Shown: positions 45,848-54,364 of the stretch, piece by piece | Layout of the letters: each line of letters opens with the position of its first letter | Position numbering within the stretch: the first letter of the stretch is position 1 | Origin: Escherichia phage vB_EcoM_DE16 | DNA length: 64,000 nt | Strand: one strand, 5' to 3' | Sequence record: OP595145.1 | Position numbers and translations under genes: made by a program | Notes under the pieces: model-generated | Told to the model about the DNA's origin: nothing | Databases searched by the model: none | Seen by the model: only the letters and a program-made list of their open reading frames with translations

Positions 45848-46411
45848 CTAAATAGTTTTACTGTGATCGTGACAGTGTAATAAATGATGTATAGACCGTT
45901 GAGGATTTGTTTGACCTAATCTGTAAATGTGGAACAGATACATTCCCCGCATCAATCCTAACCTTTTTCCTTTTTCGTGTAAAGTGCGAGAGAAAATTAA
46001 GTCAAATTGAATAGATTTTTCTTCGAAAGGAATTTCATTCCATAGTGATTTCCTAAAAAGCAAAAAGAAACCTGCCAGAGGTGTTCCGAAAGGAACTTCT
46101 TCAACACTCACTTTATGATATTCTCTTGCAATCTTAGCATATTCTATATGGTTTAGAATATCTGGATCATCGTTAATTTGGTTAGAGAAAAGCTGATAAC
46201 CACTGCCTAACCTGTTACAAGTTGCACCTATTACATCAAAAGGCGGGTTTGACATAACAAGCTCTTCAAGCATAGATGGTTGATCAGGTAGGAGGAACAT
46301 TGTATCGGTATCTCTTAAACACACCCAACTATCATCTGGAAGAACGGCAATGGCTTCATTGATAGCCTTGCCGATATTTCCTGTCAGATAGGGAGTAATA
46401 TAATAAATCAT
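45848..46411 (-). CDS. hypothetical protein, possible small GT-A-like transferase
   Basis: 187 aa; RDTDTMF DxD-like motif; weak. Confidence 0.3.
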   Translation of the reverse strand: MIYYITPYLTGNIGKAINEAIAVLPDDSWVCLRDTDTMFLLPDQPSMLEELVMSNPPFDVIGATCNRLGSGYQLFSNQINDDPDILNHIEYAKIAREYHKVSVEEVPFGTPLAGFFLLFRKSLWNEIPFEEKSIQFDLIFSRTLHEKGKRLGLMRGMYLFHIYRLGQTNPQRSIHHLLHCHDHSKTI

Positions 46412-46427
46412 TCTCCCCTCCGTTATA

Positions 46428-46619
46428 TTAACTGTCGGCTACAATCCCACGTTTAATCATTTCTTGTTGAATCTGGATCACACGATCTCGTGCTTCCATA
46501 TATTCTTTAAAAGATTCTTGAAGATGGTCACGAGCTACGTCTCGTAGCTTAATCAGTTTGTCGTTTGTCACTTCTTGAAGAGAGATTTCGCCAGTTTCAT
46601 TGGTCCCAAGCGTTTTCAT
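46428..46619 (-). CDS. hypothetical small helical protein
   Basis: 63 aa ORF. Confidence 0.35.
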   Translation of the reverse strand: MKTLGTNETGEISLQEVTNDKLIKLRDVARDHLQESFKEYMEARDRVIQIQQEMIKRGIVADS

Positions 46620-46827
46620 TTACAACCTCCTTAATAGCTACTGCACAGTTCTTACAAATACATTGACCTTTGTTCTTAGAAATTTCAATGTAAGGTTCAT
46701 TTTCGTTTTCTCCGCGTCGTGAGTCGTATATTACTGTATTGAAGCAGACAACGCAAATGTTTTTAATAACGACATATTTTTGCACTTTCTGTTTAGTGCG
46801 AAAATTGACTTCAATGACTTCTCCCAT
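46597..46827 (-). CDS. small zinc-finger protein
   Basis: Start re-assigned to ATG (MGEVIE) preceded by GGGGAG; CVVC ... CICKNC motifs. Confidence 0.4.
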   Translation of the reverse strand: MGEVIEVNFRTKQKVQKYVVIKNICVVCFNTVIYDSRRGENENEPYIEISKNKGQCICKNCAVAIKEVVNENAWDQ

Positions 46828-47111
46828 CAGTGAATCTCCCCTAAAATGTTGTTTTGAGACATTACTGCGGAGCATTCTACAGCATCATGAGTCCTTGCAA
46901 AACGCTCCCACAACACAGCATCTACTTTAAGAACCATACAAGGATAAATACTGTCGTTGATCATGTCAATGCTATATTTATCTACATCCTTTTCATCTTC
47001 CATAAACAAAGTAGCGTATGCTTCTAAATGCTTACGGGTGTAGTATACATCCTCCTCGGTAAGACCGACAACCAGGTAACTTGCTACAACAACAGTATTA
47101 TCTTCTTGCAT
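46827..47111 (-). CDS. hypothetical protein
   Basis: Start re-assigned to ATG (MQEDN) preceded by AAGGGGAG; 94 aa. Confidence 0.4.
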   Translation of the reverse strand: MQEDNTVVVASYLVVGLTEEDVYYTRKHLEAYATLFMEDEKDVDKYSIDMINDSIYPCMVLKVDAVLWERFARTHDAVECSAVMSQNNILGEIH

Positions 47112-47112
47112 T

Positions 47113-47634
47113 TTAACTCCCCTTTGGTAGATAGAAACCATGCACTTTATCTCGATAAACAAGACGCATATCACGTTCCCAGTGTGTCCTTATATTCCGT
47201 TTCTTGAAGTATAGAGCACCTTTAGTAACATCTAAAACAGACCGCAATTCAGGAAAATGTTTCTCTAAATAAAGTAAACGCTCCGCTATTGCTTTTGCTT
47301 CCTGCCATTTATCTTTTTCTGTTACGTTAAAAGTTTTCGCATATGAGAATTGCCCTTTCTGGAACAAAACTCCTCTGACTGTGTTAGGGAAGTAGGTATC
47401 ATTTCTTCTGTTGATTACCACATTCCCAACGGCATTCATTCCTTTTTTACCCAGACCGCGACCTTCTGCGTAAATTGCACAAGCTAATAGAATTTTATCA
47501 TTATATTGCTTTGTACATTTGTGAACTACTTTAGCGGTTTTTACGTTTGCAGCTTCGGCTTTCGCCACAACAGGTGTAAATGTAAAAGCAGTTAAGGATA
47601 GTAACGCAACTGTTACAAAGTTTTTTATCAGCAA
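47113..47634 (-). CDS. secreted cell wall hydrolase, SleB / Hydrolase_2 family (possible endolysin)
   Basis: 173 aa; N-terminal signal peptide (LLSLTAFTFTPVVAKAEA); motifs YAEGRG, NVVINRR, FQKGQFS; TTG start after GGAGG. Confidence 0.6.
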   Translation of the reverse strand: MLIKNFVTVALLSLTAFTFTPVVAKAEAANVKTAKVVHKCTKQYNDKILLACAIYAEGRGLGKKGMNAVGNVVINRRNDTYFPNTVRGVLFQKGQFSYAKTFNVTEKDKWQEAKAIAERLLYLEKHFPELRSVLDVTKGALYFKKRNIRTHWERDMRLVYRDKVHGFYLPKGS

Positions 47635-47666
47635 ATTTTGCCTCCTTTTTAAGTTAACGAATTTCT

Positions 47667-47695
47667 AGTATAACACGATAGAGGCTTTATTGCAA
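47667..47695 (-). promoter_or_regulatory. sigma70-like promoter, TTGCAA-N17-TATACT, preceded by a GC hairpin
   Basis: Hexamers with 17-nt spacer upstream of the SleB-like gene; hairpin GAGGGGGA-TTTC-TCCCCCTC just upstream. Confidence 0.45.
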
Positions 47696-47733
47696 GAGGG
47701 GGATTTCTCCCCCTCAAAATCATTTGTTAATTA

Positions 47734-48336
47734 TTATGGACATTCATACCATTCTTTTTTACCACCGAAGGCCATCACCACATCACAAATATCCAGACCA
47801 GCTTTACCTACACCATATGCTTTCAGCTTCCATTCTCCATCTTCACGAACCAAGGAAGCCACGTGGCAGATTGTGTTGCCAGCTACTTCAGGAGCCAGGA
47901 AGTCAAAATCCAGAATTTCCACATTGCGCTCGGAGTCGAAGATTTTAAGCATACCTTCAGAAGCATGACCAAAACGTTTCAGACCTGTATCATCATCAAT
48001 GGTCAGAACAAAGGCAATCTCTTGTGCATCAGGAGAGATTTTAGCCAGAGTAATATCAATCTGCTCCATGCTGCCAGTTCCATCACGAACATCATCACCA
48101 GCGAAGGTAGAACGTTCAGGATCAAACTTGTTAGCATAGCAAACCAGATGACGTGCAGACAGCATTTCAGGATTGCCAGCGGCATTGTGACGACAAACCA
48201 GTGCACTTACATCCAGGTCCAGTTTAGAATCAGATTTCCAAGAGAATTCCAGGCGCAGTTCTTTCAGAGCCGGAGCAACTTTCTTCAGGGAAATTTTTTC
48301 GCTAGAGCCTTTTTTCAGGGAAATTTTATCAGTCAT
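47734..48336 (-). CDS. terD: TerD-domain protein
   Basis: 200 aa; tandem KISLKK strands at the N-terminus, LDLDVSAL motif, acidic GDDVRDGTG loop; closely follows the E. coli TerD N-terminal pattern. Confidence 0.7.
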   Translation of the reverse strand: MTDKISLKKGSSEKISLKKVAPALKELRLEFSWKSDSKLDLDVSALVCRHNAAGNPEMLSARHLVCYANKFDPERSTFAGDDVRDGTGSMEQIDITLAKISPDAQEIAFVLTIDDDTGLKRFGHASEGMLKIFDSERNVEILDFDFLAPEVAGNTICHVASLVREDGEWKLKAYGVGKAGLDICDVVMAFGGKKEWYECP

Positions 48337-48351
48337 CTTTTGTCTCCTCTA

Positions 48352-48621
48352 TTATTTAAGTGTAATACCAGTTACAGTCAATTCTACTTCCAAAAGCTTA
48401 GATGTGTTTTGGATTGATACTAATTGTGCATGATGGTTTAGTTCTACAGCAGAATAATCATTCTCCCCATCATCTACTTTTAAATAAACAATAACTTCAC
48501 TAAGGTCTAAACCATTTTCGTCAAATGCAGTTTCATAGACGAAAGTATCTCCTACATCCAAATCTTTAATGGTAAGGCATCGTTTATTTACTTTTTGCTC
48601 ATCAATTTCGAAGTTTAACAC
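48352..48621 (-). CDS. small TerD-adjacent protein, paralogue A
   Basis: 89 aa; paralogous to the 49643 gene (shared DLxxGxTF and GLD motifs and ITLK end). Confidence 0.45.
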   Translation of the reverse strand: MLNFEIDEQKVNKRCLTIKDLDVGDTFVYETAFDENGLDLSEVIVYLKVDDGENDYSAVELNHHAQLVSIQNTSKLLEVELTVTGITLK

Positions 48622-48850
48622 TTCTTCCTCCTAATGTTATCTCCGGTTTGTATATACGAAGAATTATAGCATTTTCATTTTCTTTGTCAACCCATTCTTC
48701 ATAATCGGGCCATACATGAATCTCTACTCTATTCGCAATATCTTCCATCCGCACAGTCCCAATGAAATACTCTTTGAGACTGCGCATAATGAAAGCTTCT
48801 CTCTCGCGCCAATAATTTTCTACGACTTGAGAGGCAAGCTCGTCGATCAT
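48602..48850 (-). CDS. hypothetical protein
   Basis: 82 aa ORF between the vWA and paralogue A genes. Confidence 0.35.
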   Translation of the reverse strand: MIDELASQVVENYWREREAFIMRSLKEYFIGTVRMEDIANRVEIHVWPDYEEWVDKENENAIILRIYKPEITLGGRSVKLRN

Positions 48851-49641
48851 TTTTTAGCACCTACTTTAACAACCCACTCTCCGAACTCTTCAGATAAGAG
48901 TTTGTCATAAAGCTCTGAATCTGTCAAGTCTAAATCTTTAATGCCAATAAAACCAACATTATCATAAGCATTTGCCAGTTCTTTCAGGAAGCCAAACTTC
49001 TCATTACCAACGCCAACCATGAACCAATAGATAGGCTTATTCTTATTTTCTTCAATAAGACGACGAACAGCACTAGGATCACCATTCTCACCATCTGTCT
49101 GGAAGAATACAACACCAGGGGTAACGTCAGCACCTGGTTCAGATACAGCTACAACCTTTTCACGCTCTACAGACACTGTTTCAGTTTTACCAAGCAGACG
49201 ATTAAAGAAGCCTTTCTTTGGAGCCTCCTCTTGTACCACTTGTTTAGTGGTAATATATTTGGTAACAGTGCCAAAATACTCATCGTAGATATCTGCCATT
49301 ACAGGGGCGTAATTTGTTCCACCTCCGATACGAACATTACGCATACATTTACCAACATAGTCATCGTAAACGTCTGCTGTTGCTGGAGTAAGCTCTTGAG
49401 AACTCGTATTGAAGGCCCACATGTCAATTTGTTCATTATCGTCGAACAGCATACCAAAAGGAAGCAGTTTACCTACAAAATCACTCACTACCCCACGAGC
49501 ATATAGACTATGCATACTACCAGAAATATCTAGAGCACATGCTACACGAAGAACAATCTTACCTTCATTCAGGTTCTTATTCTTTTTCAGAGAGAAAGCA
49601 AGGTTTTCTTGACGTTTTTTCAGGCTGATTTTCTCGGACAT
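48847..49641 (-). CDS. vWA-domain protein with TerD-like N-terminal strand (TerF-C-like / TerY-like)
   Basis: 264 aa; N-terminal KISLKK ... FSLKK; MIDAS motif DISGSM, downstream GGGTNYAPV. Confidence 0.6.
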   Translation of the reverse strand: MSEKISLKKRQENLAFSLKKNKNLNEGKIVLRVACALDISGSMHSLYARGVVSDFVGKLLPFGMLFDDNEQIDMWAFNTSSQELTPATADVYDDYVGKCMRNVRIGGGTNYAPVMADIYDEYFGTVTKYITTKQVVQEEAPKKGFFNRLLGKTETVSVEREKVVAVSEPGADVTPGVVFFQTDGENGDPSAVRRLIEENKNKPIYWFMVGVGNEKFGFLKELANAYDNVGFIGIKDLDLTDSELYDKLLSEEFGEWVVKVGAKK

Positions 49642-49642
49642 A

Positions 49643-49921
49643 TTATTTCTCCTTCTTAAGTGTAATGTTGGTAACTTCTAAATCTACTTCCACCATATTT
49701 GTATCTGGTGGGATACAATGAGTATAGCCTCGTTGTGCTAGTGATCCATTAATACAAATCGCACTGTTTGTGGAATTTTTAATGAACACCAAGTTACGGT
49801 AGGTATCCAACCCTGCGTCTTCATAGGCATCATAATACATGAATGTGGCCCCTATGCCAAGATCTTCGAAAGCAATAGGCAAATCCTGACACTTTTCTTC
49901 TTGAATATTGAATCTAAACAC
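49643..49921 (-). CDS. small vWA-adjacent protein, paralogue B
   Basis: Start re-assigned to GTG preceded by GAGGAGG; 92 aa; aligns with paralogue A over its full length. Confidence 0.45.
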   Translation of the reverse strand: MFRFNIQEEKCQDLPIAFEDLGIGATFMYYDAYEDAGLDTYRNLVFIKNSTNSAICINGSLAQRGYTHCIPPDTNMVEVDLEVTNITLKKEK

Positions 49922-50477
49922 GCATACCTCCTCTACCAATTTTGAAGCCCAAATCGTAAGCTTCCTTAGTGATCTTTTGTAACTCACTTATAGGAAGTGT
50001 TACAAGAGGATCATCTTCTTCAATTTCCATCTTGTCATCTTCTGTTTCAATGAGAGTATTATGCACTTTGTGATAAGGGTTGTCAACACGTTTAAACTTA
50101 TTCTTTTCTGTGCTGAAAAAACAATCTGGATCTTCTTCACCATCACCCCAACCTTGGTTAGGATCTCCGTCAGATTGTTCTGTAGGGATTTCACCTGTAA
50201 AGTACTCTTCCAGCACCATAGCAATACCGTCCCTTGGATTTGAGGAATGCATTAAATCACAAACCTTACCCCAATCCATAGCCCATTCGAACCGTTCACG
50301 AACGCCATTTTCATCCTCCTTTCCAGAGAAAACACAACCATAACTATCATAGTTGCCATACATCTCTTCAATAACAACACCATCCTTCAAAAGAAAGAGA
50401 TAACAAGGTGATCCGTCGAAAGAAGTAGAAAGGGCAGCTTTGCCAGATTCCTTACACAAAAAACTAAAACAACCCAT
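49914..50477 (-). CDS. hypothetical acidic protein
   Basis: 187 aa ORF. Confidence 0.4.
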   Translation of the reverse strand: MGCFSFLCKESGKAALSTSFDGSPCYLFLLKDGVVIEEMYGNYDSYGCVFSGKEDENGVRERFEWAMDWGKVCDLMHSSNPRDGIAMVLEEYFTGEIPTEQSDGDPNQGWGDGEEDPDCFFSTEKNKFKRVDNPYHKVHNTLIETEDDKMEIEEDDPLVTLPISELQKITKEAYDLGFKIGRGGMRV

Positions 50478-50680
50478 TACAAACCCTCCTTCAGATTATC
50501 AAGAGCTACAGTGGTTTCACAAAAGTCTCCATACGTTTTATGATGTTCCAGAAAAGCTTCGGGTCCACCCCAATCATTATCTTGTGTATTCCAGCCATCA
50601 ATAAAAGCATCTTCAATGATTGTGATCAGTTCTTGTCGGGTTAACTGGATAATATCAGGATCGTTATCGTAGTTAAACAT
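50477..50680 (-). CDS. hypothetical small protein
   Basis: 67 aa ORF. Confidence 0.35.
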   Translation of the reverse strand: MFNYDNDPDIIQLTRQELITIIEDAFIDGWNTQDNDWGGPEAFLEHHKTYGDFCETTVALDNLKEGL

Positions 50681-50846
50681 CTTCTTCCTCCTCTAAAATA
50701 TGAAACCCGTAATTACAATAGTCCTGAAATGTTTCGTGTGCAAGATCTTCTATATCCTCTTGAGACATATCATCTTCAATTTCGATATCCACAACCTCAT
50801 TGCATCCACACCAAGCAGTTTCAATATTCACTCGTAATATTTTCAT
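50673..50846 (-). CDS. hypothetical small acidic protein (57 aa, below ORF-track cutoff)
   Basis: ATG preceded by GGAGGAGGA, overlapping upstream stop (TAATG); found by manual translation. Confidence 0.3.
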   Translation of the reverse strand: MKILRVNIETAWCGCNEVVDIEIEDDMSQEDIEDLAHETFQDYCNYGFHILEEEEDV

Positions 50847-51043
50847 TATTCCTCCTCCTCGTTGAAGTCGATATCTGCAAGTAGTTGGAATTTACGGAAG
50901 TTACGACAACCTTCATAAATATAACAATCACGACAAACTGCTAGAACACTTGGGGGATATATGCCTCCCATCGGTGCGAATCGTTTTTCGTCATCATAAC
51001 GGACACCAATGTCTTCATCAATTATATAGATACGGATTCTCAT
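50846..51043 (-). CDS. hypothetical small cysteine-containing protein
   Basis: 65 aa; start overlaps TelA-like stop. Confidence 0.35.
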   Translation of the reverse strand: MRIRIYIIDEDIGVRYDDEKRFAPMGGIYPPSVLAVCRDCYIYEGCRNFRKFQLLADIDFNEEEE

Positions 51044-52152
51044 TTACCAAGCCCTCGTTTCACAGCAGCTACCATCCCGTCTTCCAGAGATTGAACTTCA
51101 TTAATATAATCAACACGAGCAGCACGGGCTTCCGTATTGATGCGGTTAGTTTCTTCCAACATCTTAACCAAGTTTTCCTGATCGTGACGCAGAGTTTCAA
51201 TATCCAACACTTGACGGTTAGCCAGTGCTGCTGCTTCGATCTGATTCTGTGTGGCAAGATCGCTACCCAGTTTAATTGCCAGGTTAAATTCGTCAAGAAC
51301 GTTATTCTGCGTCTCTGCTGCTTTCATTTGACGTAAGCTCTCGATATACATGGAGAAGTTAGCAGAGTAAGCAGGAATAACATTATTTACTATGTTACGC
51401 GCAGATCGCATTAAGCTTGCAGAAACTTTTTGCATACCTTGTACACGCGGTCCCATTTGGACACACAGTAGGCGCAATGCTTTTAAATCTGCAATACGAA
51501 TCTCCAGAAGATCCAAAGTATCTCGGATCACTTGTCGCTGTTCTACTGCATCTTCTGGAAGAGCAGCCAAAGCTTGTTCTTCTTTTTCATAGGTTGCTGT
51601 TAGAAGCTGCATATCTCGGTTCAAACTTGCAGCATATTGTCCAATAGCTTGATGTAGCTTTTCAAGATATACCAAGGAATCTTCTTCTTTGCGAATATCC
51701 ATTTGAAGGTTCTTTACCAACTCTTCAATACGGTTATTAACATTATCAAACTCCCCAAACAGGTCTTCTTTCATACCCATAACTTTTTTAATGAGTTTAG
51801 TAATACCCTTGCTTTGTTTAATAGAGTTTGGATCAAGTTGTTTTGCCTGTTTAATCAAAGCTGTGAGTCGTTCACTCATCTGATCACCTTGATTACTACG
51901 TTGATGTTTTAATACCTCGGCATTCAAGGAACGCAAGGTTGTTCCTGCCTCTGCCCCGATTTCTTCGATTTCTTGCCTGGTCATAGAAGGCAAAGCTGGT
52001 ACTTCTTGCGGTGCGGCTGGTGCATAAACAGGACTGGCATCTAACACGCTTGGAGCGAATACAGATTTACTGGCATCTGTTGTTGCAGCAAATACGCTCA
52101 TTTCAGGCTTCTTCTGACCACCAGTAGCTGCTTTTAAAAATGGACTTGTCAT
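51040..52152 (-). CDS. TelA-like (toxic anion resistance) protein, putative
   Basis: 370 aa, all-helical with A/P/S-rich N-terminus; assignment rests on size, helical character and Ter gene context, no sharp motif. Confidence 0.4.
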   Translation of the reverse strand: MTSPFLKAATGGQKKPEMSVFAATTDASKSVFAPSVLDASPVYAPAAPQEVPALPSMTRQEIEEIGAEAGTTLRSLNAEVLKHQRSNQGDQMSERLTALIKQAKQLDPNSIKQSKGITKLIKKVMGMKEDLFGEFDNVNNRIEELVKNLQMDIRKEEDSLVYLEKLHQAIGQYAASLNRDMQLLTATYEKEEQALAALPEDAVEQRQVIRDTLDLLEIRIADLKALRLLCVQMGPRVQGMQKVSASLMRSARNIVNNVIPAYSANFSMYIESLRQMKAAETQNNVLDEFNLAIKLGSDLATQNQIEAAALANRQVLDIETLRHDQENLVKMLEETNRINTEARAARVDYINEVQSLEDGMVAAVKRGLGK

Positions 52153-52739
52153 TCTTCATTCTCCTCTTCTGCATCTCTTATATATGGTGAAACACCGTAC
52201 TCTTTAGCTACTTTAACCCAATCGTCCCATTTATACAACCATAATTTTCCTTCTGTCCCTTCTTTATCTGATTTCAACCACATATTAGGTTGCTTACCTG
52301 GGTACATGCGATTAGGTTTACGATTATAACCTCTAACACATCTTGTCGCAAACCTATCTACCAGAACAAGAACATATTTATATTCGTGGTTCAACGGCTC
52401 TTTGGAAGTGGCTTTAGGATTAGCCCCTAATTCTGCTGCCAGTTTTTGCCAATGAGCACCGTGCCTACTAAACTTACCCATACAACCATCAATAGCATGA
52501 GCAATTTCGTGCTTCATTGTATCTACGATCATATCTCTTGTGGAGTTCTTATGCAAGTGCCAATTTACAACAACAATTTTATCTCGGTAGTTGCACCAAC
52601 CGAAAGAGTTATTCACTTTGTTTCTAACACAAGCTTTATATCCTGCTTCACGTAACATGTTGTAGTAAACAGGAAAATCTTCTTTTATTTCCTGCATCAC
52701 TTCCCACCACAAGAGTTGCAAGTCTCTCTCGGTATGCAT
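52149..52739 (-). CDS. SprT-like zinc metallopeptidase domain protein
   Basis: 196 aa; HEIAH (HExxH) motif. Confidence 0.4.
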   Translation of the reverse strand: MHTERDLQLLWWEVMQEIKEDFPVYYNMLREAGYKACVRNKVNNSFGWCNYRDKIVVVNWHLHKNSTRDMIVDTMKHEIAHAIDGCMGKFSRHGAHWQKLAAELGANPKATSKEPLNHEYKYVLVLVDRFATRCVRGYNRKPNRMYPGKQPNMWLKSDKEGTEGKLWLYKWDDWVKVAKEYGVSPYIRDAEEENEE

Positions 52740-52742
52740 AAC

Positions 52743-53336
52743 TTACACCTTAAAAGCGAAATGTGTGGTCGTGGCTTCAAAATCAGGGCCAGATAAACTT
52801 GCACTGAAATCTGAAATATTTGTAATTAAAAAGCTTTTATGCATACCTAACACAGCCACGCTTTCAATATCTTCTACTAACATTTCAATCATGTTAGAAA
52901 CATGGCTGAACGTATAGTTTTGTTTTTTGATGGTGTAGAAAGAAAGACTCCCACCTGCTGTATAAGATACCTCTTCAAAATCTTTAATCGTATATTGTGT
53001 GCCATCAGTAAAGAAAATGGTAGCTTTATTAGTAGCACGTTTCTTGTTTTTTGGTCCTTTTTTACGTTTACTGCGAGTAGGCAAACCATTTGGAAATACC
53101 GTAGCTACAAATTCTTCAGGAGAAACCTCCTTACCGAAATCATAACCGTAAGAAACAGCGTCTATAAACTCGTCGTCTTCATTTTTAAAATAATGAAAAT
53201 AGGGCCAATTTGAGAGATTATCGAGCATCTTGTGCTCATCCACAGCAGAGAACGTATCCCTCAAAGCACGTGTGATTTGCAAAGCATTAGGCAAACTTTT
53301 AACACCTGTAATGGAAGTACGAATAGAAATTGTCAT
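52743..53336 (-). CDS. hypothetical protein
   Basis: 197 aa; basic KRKKGPKNKKR patch. Confidence 0.4.
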   Translation of the reverse strand: MTISIRTSITGVKSLPNALQITRALRDTFSAVDEHKMLDNLSNWPYFHYFKNEDDEFIDAVSYGYDFGKEVSPEEFVATVFPNGLPTRSKRKKGPKNKKRATNKATIFFTDGTQYTIKDFEEVSYTAGGSLSFYTIKKQNYTFSHVSNMIEMLVEDIESVAVLGMHKSFLITNISDFSASLSGPDFEATTTHFAFKV

Positions 53337-53350
53337 TGTTTTTCTCCTTA

Positions 53351-53788
53351 TTAACGTCGCTTGCTACGAGATGAACTCTTTTTACTTAAAGGGCTATTGT
53401 AAGATTTACGAGTTGTATAGCTACTATTTGTTTTAAAAGTTTGTCTCGGCTTTTCATAAGTTTTTATCTCTTGTTTAGGCTTACCATAAAAATTAGTTTT
53501 CGGTTTAGGTGTATTATAATGCTTATTAATAATCGTTCTGTTATCGTTATAATCTCCACTGCTACGATTACTACCGCCACTCATCATATGCCCTAACAAC
53601 ATACCTGTAGCAAACTCACCAACACCGCTACTACTAGAACCGCCACCATTGTTGATAATAGTTGTATCTCCGTCAGATCCTTGTTGAGCGTATTGTTGAG
53701 GAGGTTGTTGGTATTGTGCAGGATTTGTTTCATCCTCGCAAGCTGTTAAAAAGATACAACCAATTAAAATCAGGGCTAGTTTTTTCAT
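53351..53788 (-). CDS. lipoprotein (signal peptidase II substrate), low-complexity
   Basis: Start re-assigned to ATG (MKKLALILIGCIFLTAC) after GAGGAAAG; lipobox LTAC; Q/G/S-rich mature region. Confidence 0.5.
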   Translation of the reverse strand: MKKLALILIGCIFLTACEDETNPAQYQQPPQQYAQQGSDGDTTIINNGGGSSSSGVGEFATGMLLGHMMSGGSNRSSGDYNDNRTIINKHYNTPKPKTNFYGKPKQEIKTYEKPRQTFKTNSSYTTRKSYNSPLSKKSSSRSKRR

Positions 53789-53877
53789 ATTTGCTTTCCT
53801 CGTTTTGGCTATTAATACATCTGTGTTTGAAATCTCCAGAGAAGCAATAAAGTTGCTCTCCATCTCGGTATAAACTC

Positions 53878-53906
53878 ACTTTACTGCCGTTGATTATGCT
53901 TGTCAA
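53878..53906 (-). promoter_or_regulatory. sigma70-like promoter, TTGACA-N17-TAAAGT
   Basis: Consensus -35 with 17-nt spacer upstream of the lipoprotein gene. Confidence 0.35.
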
Positions 53907-53971
53907 TACAAAAATTACAACAAACAACCCTATTGCAAAACAGATATTTTCAAACACAACCAACAAGTATT

Positions 53972-54322
53972 TCATTTTAAAAATACCTCATCATCAGTTT
54001 CATTATCCCAGAAGAACAAATCCCAACCACTTGGATCATTCCATTTGGCTGCTGGAGAAGTCCATATTTGCTCAATATCAATATTCAAAACTTCACCGTT
54101 TCGTTTTGAAACAGCTTTAGTTAATTCCCAACGGGATACAGGCTCCACTTCCCCTGAACCACTCCCACAACAAGCTACAACATTAGGAGGCAAATTAATT
54201 GGATCTTTGGTCACAATCATAACGCTTACCCCAGGGTAAACTTTTGAAAGATAATCTGAAATATAATCCACATCACCAGATAAATCCCAAACAAGTTCTT
54301 GAATTTCATCAAAATTATTCAT
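53972..54322 (-). CDS. hypothetical protein
   Basis: 116 aa; RBS GGAGG. Confidence 0.4.
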   Translation of the reverse strand: MNNFDEIQELVWDLSGDVDYISDYLSKVYPGVSVMIVTKDPINLPPNVVACCGSGSGEVEPVSRWELTKAVSKRNGEVLNIDIEQIWTSPAAKWNDPSGWDLFFWDNETDDEVFLK

Positions 54323-54364
54323 AAGTCTCTCCTATAAAATAGCCTCCCGAAGGAGGCTCATCTA

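Noticed and set aside
45324-45851. 175-aa plus-strand ORF antisense to the glycosyltransferase genes; similar antisense ORFs at 47863-48417, 50950-51336 and 56238-56678
   Set aside because: No RBS, odd composition, and embedded in a densely packed minus-strand operon
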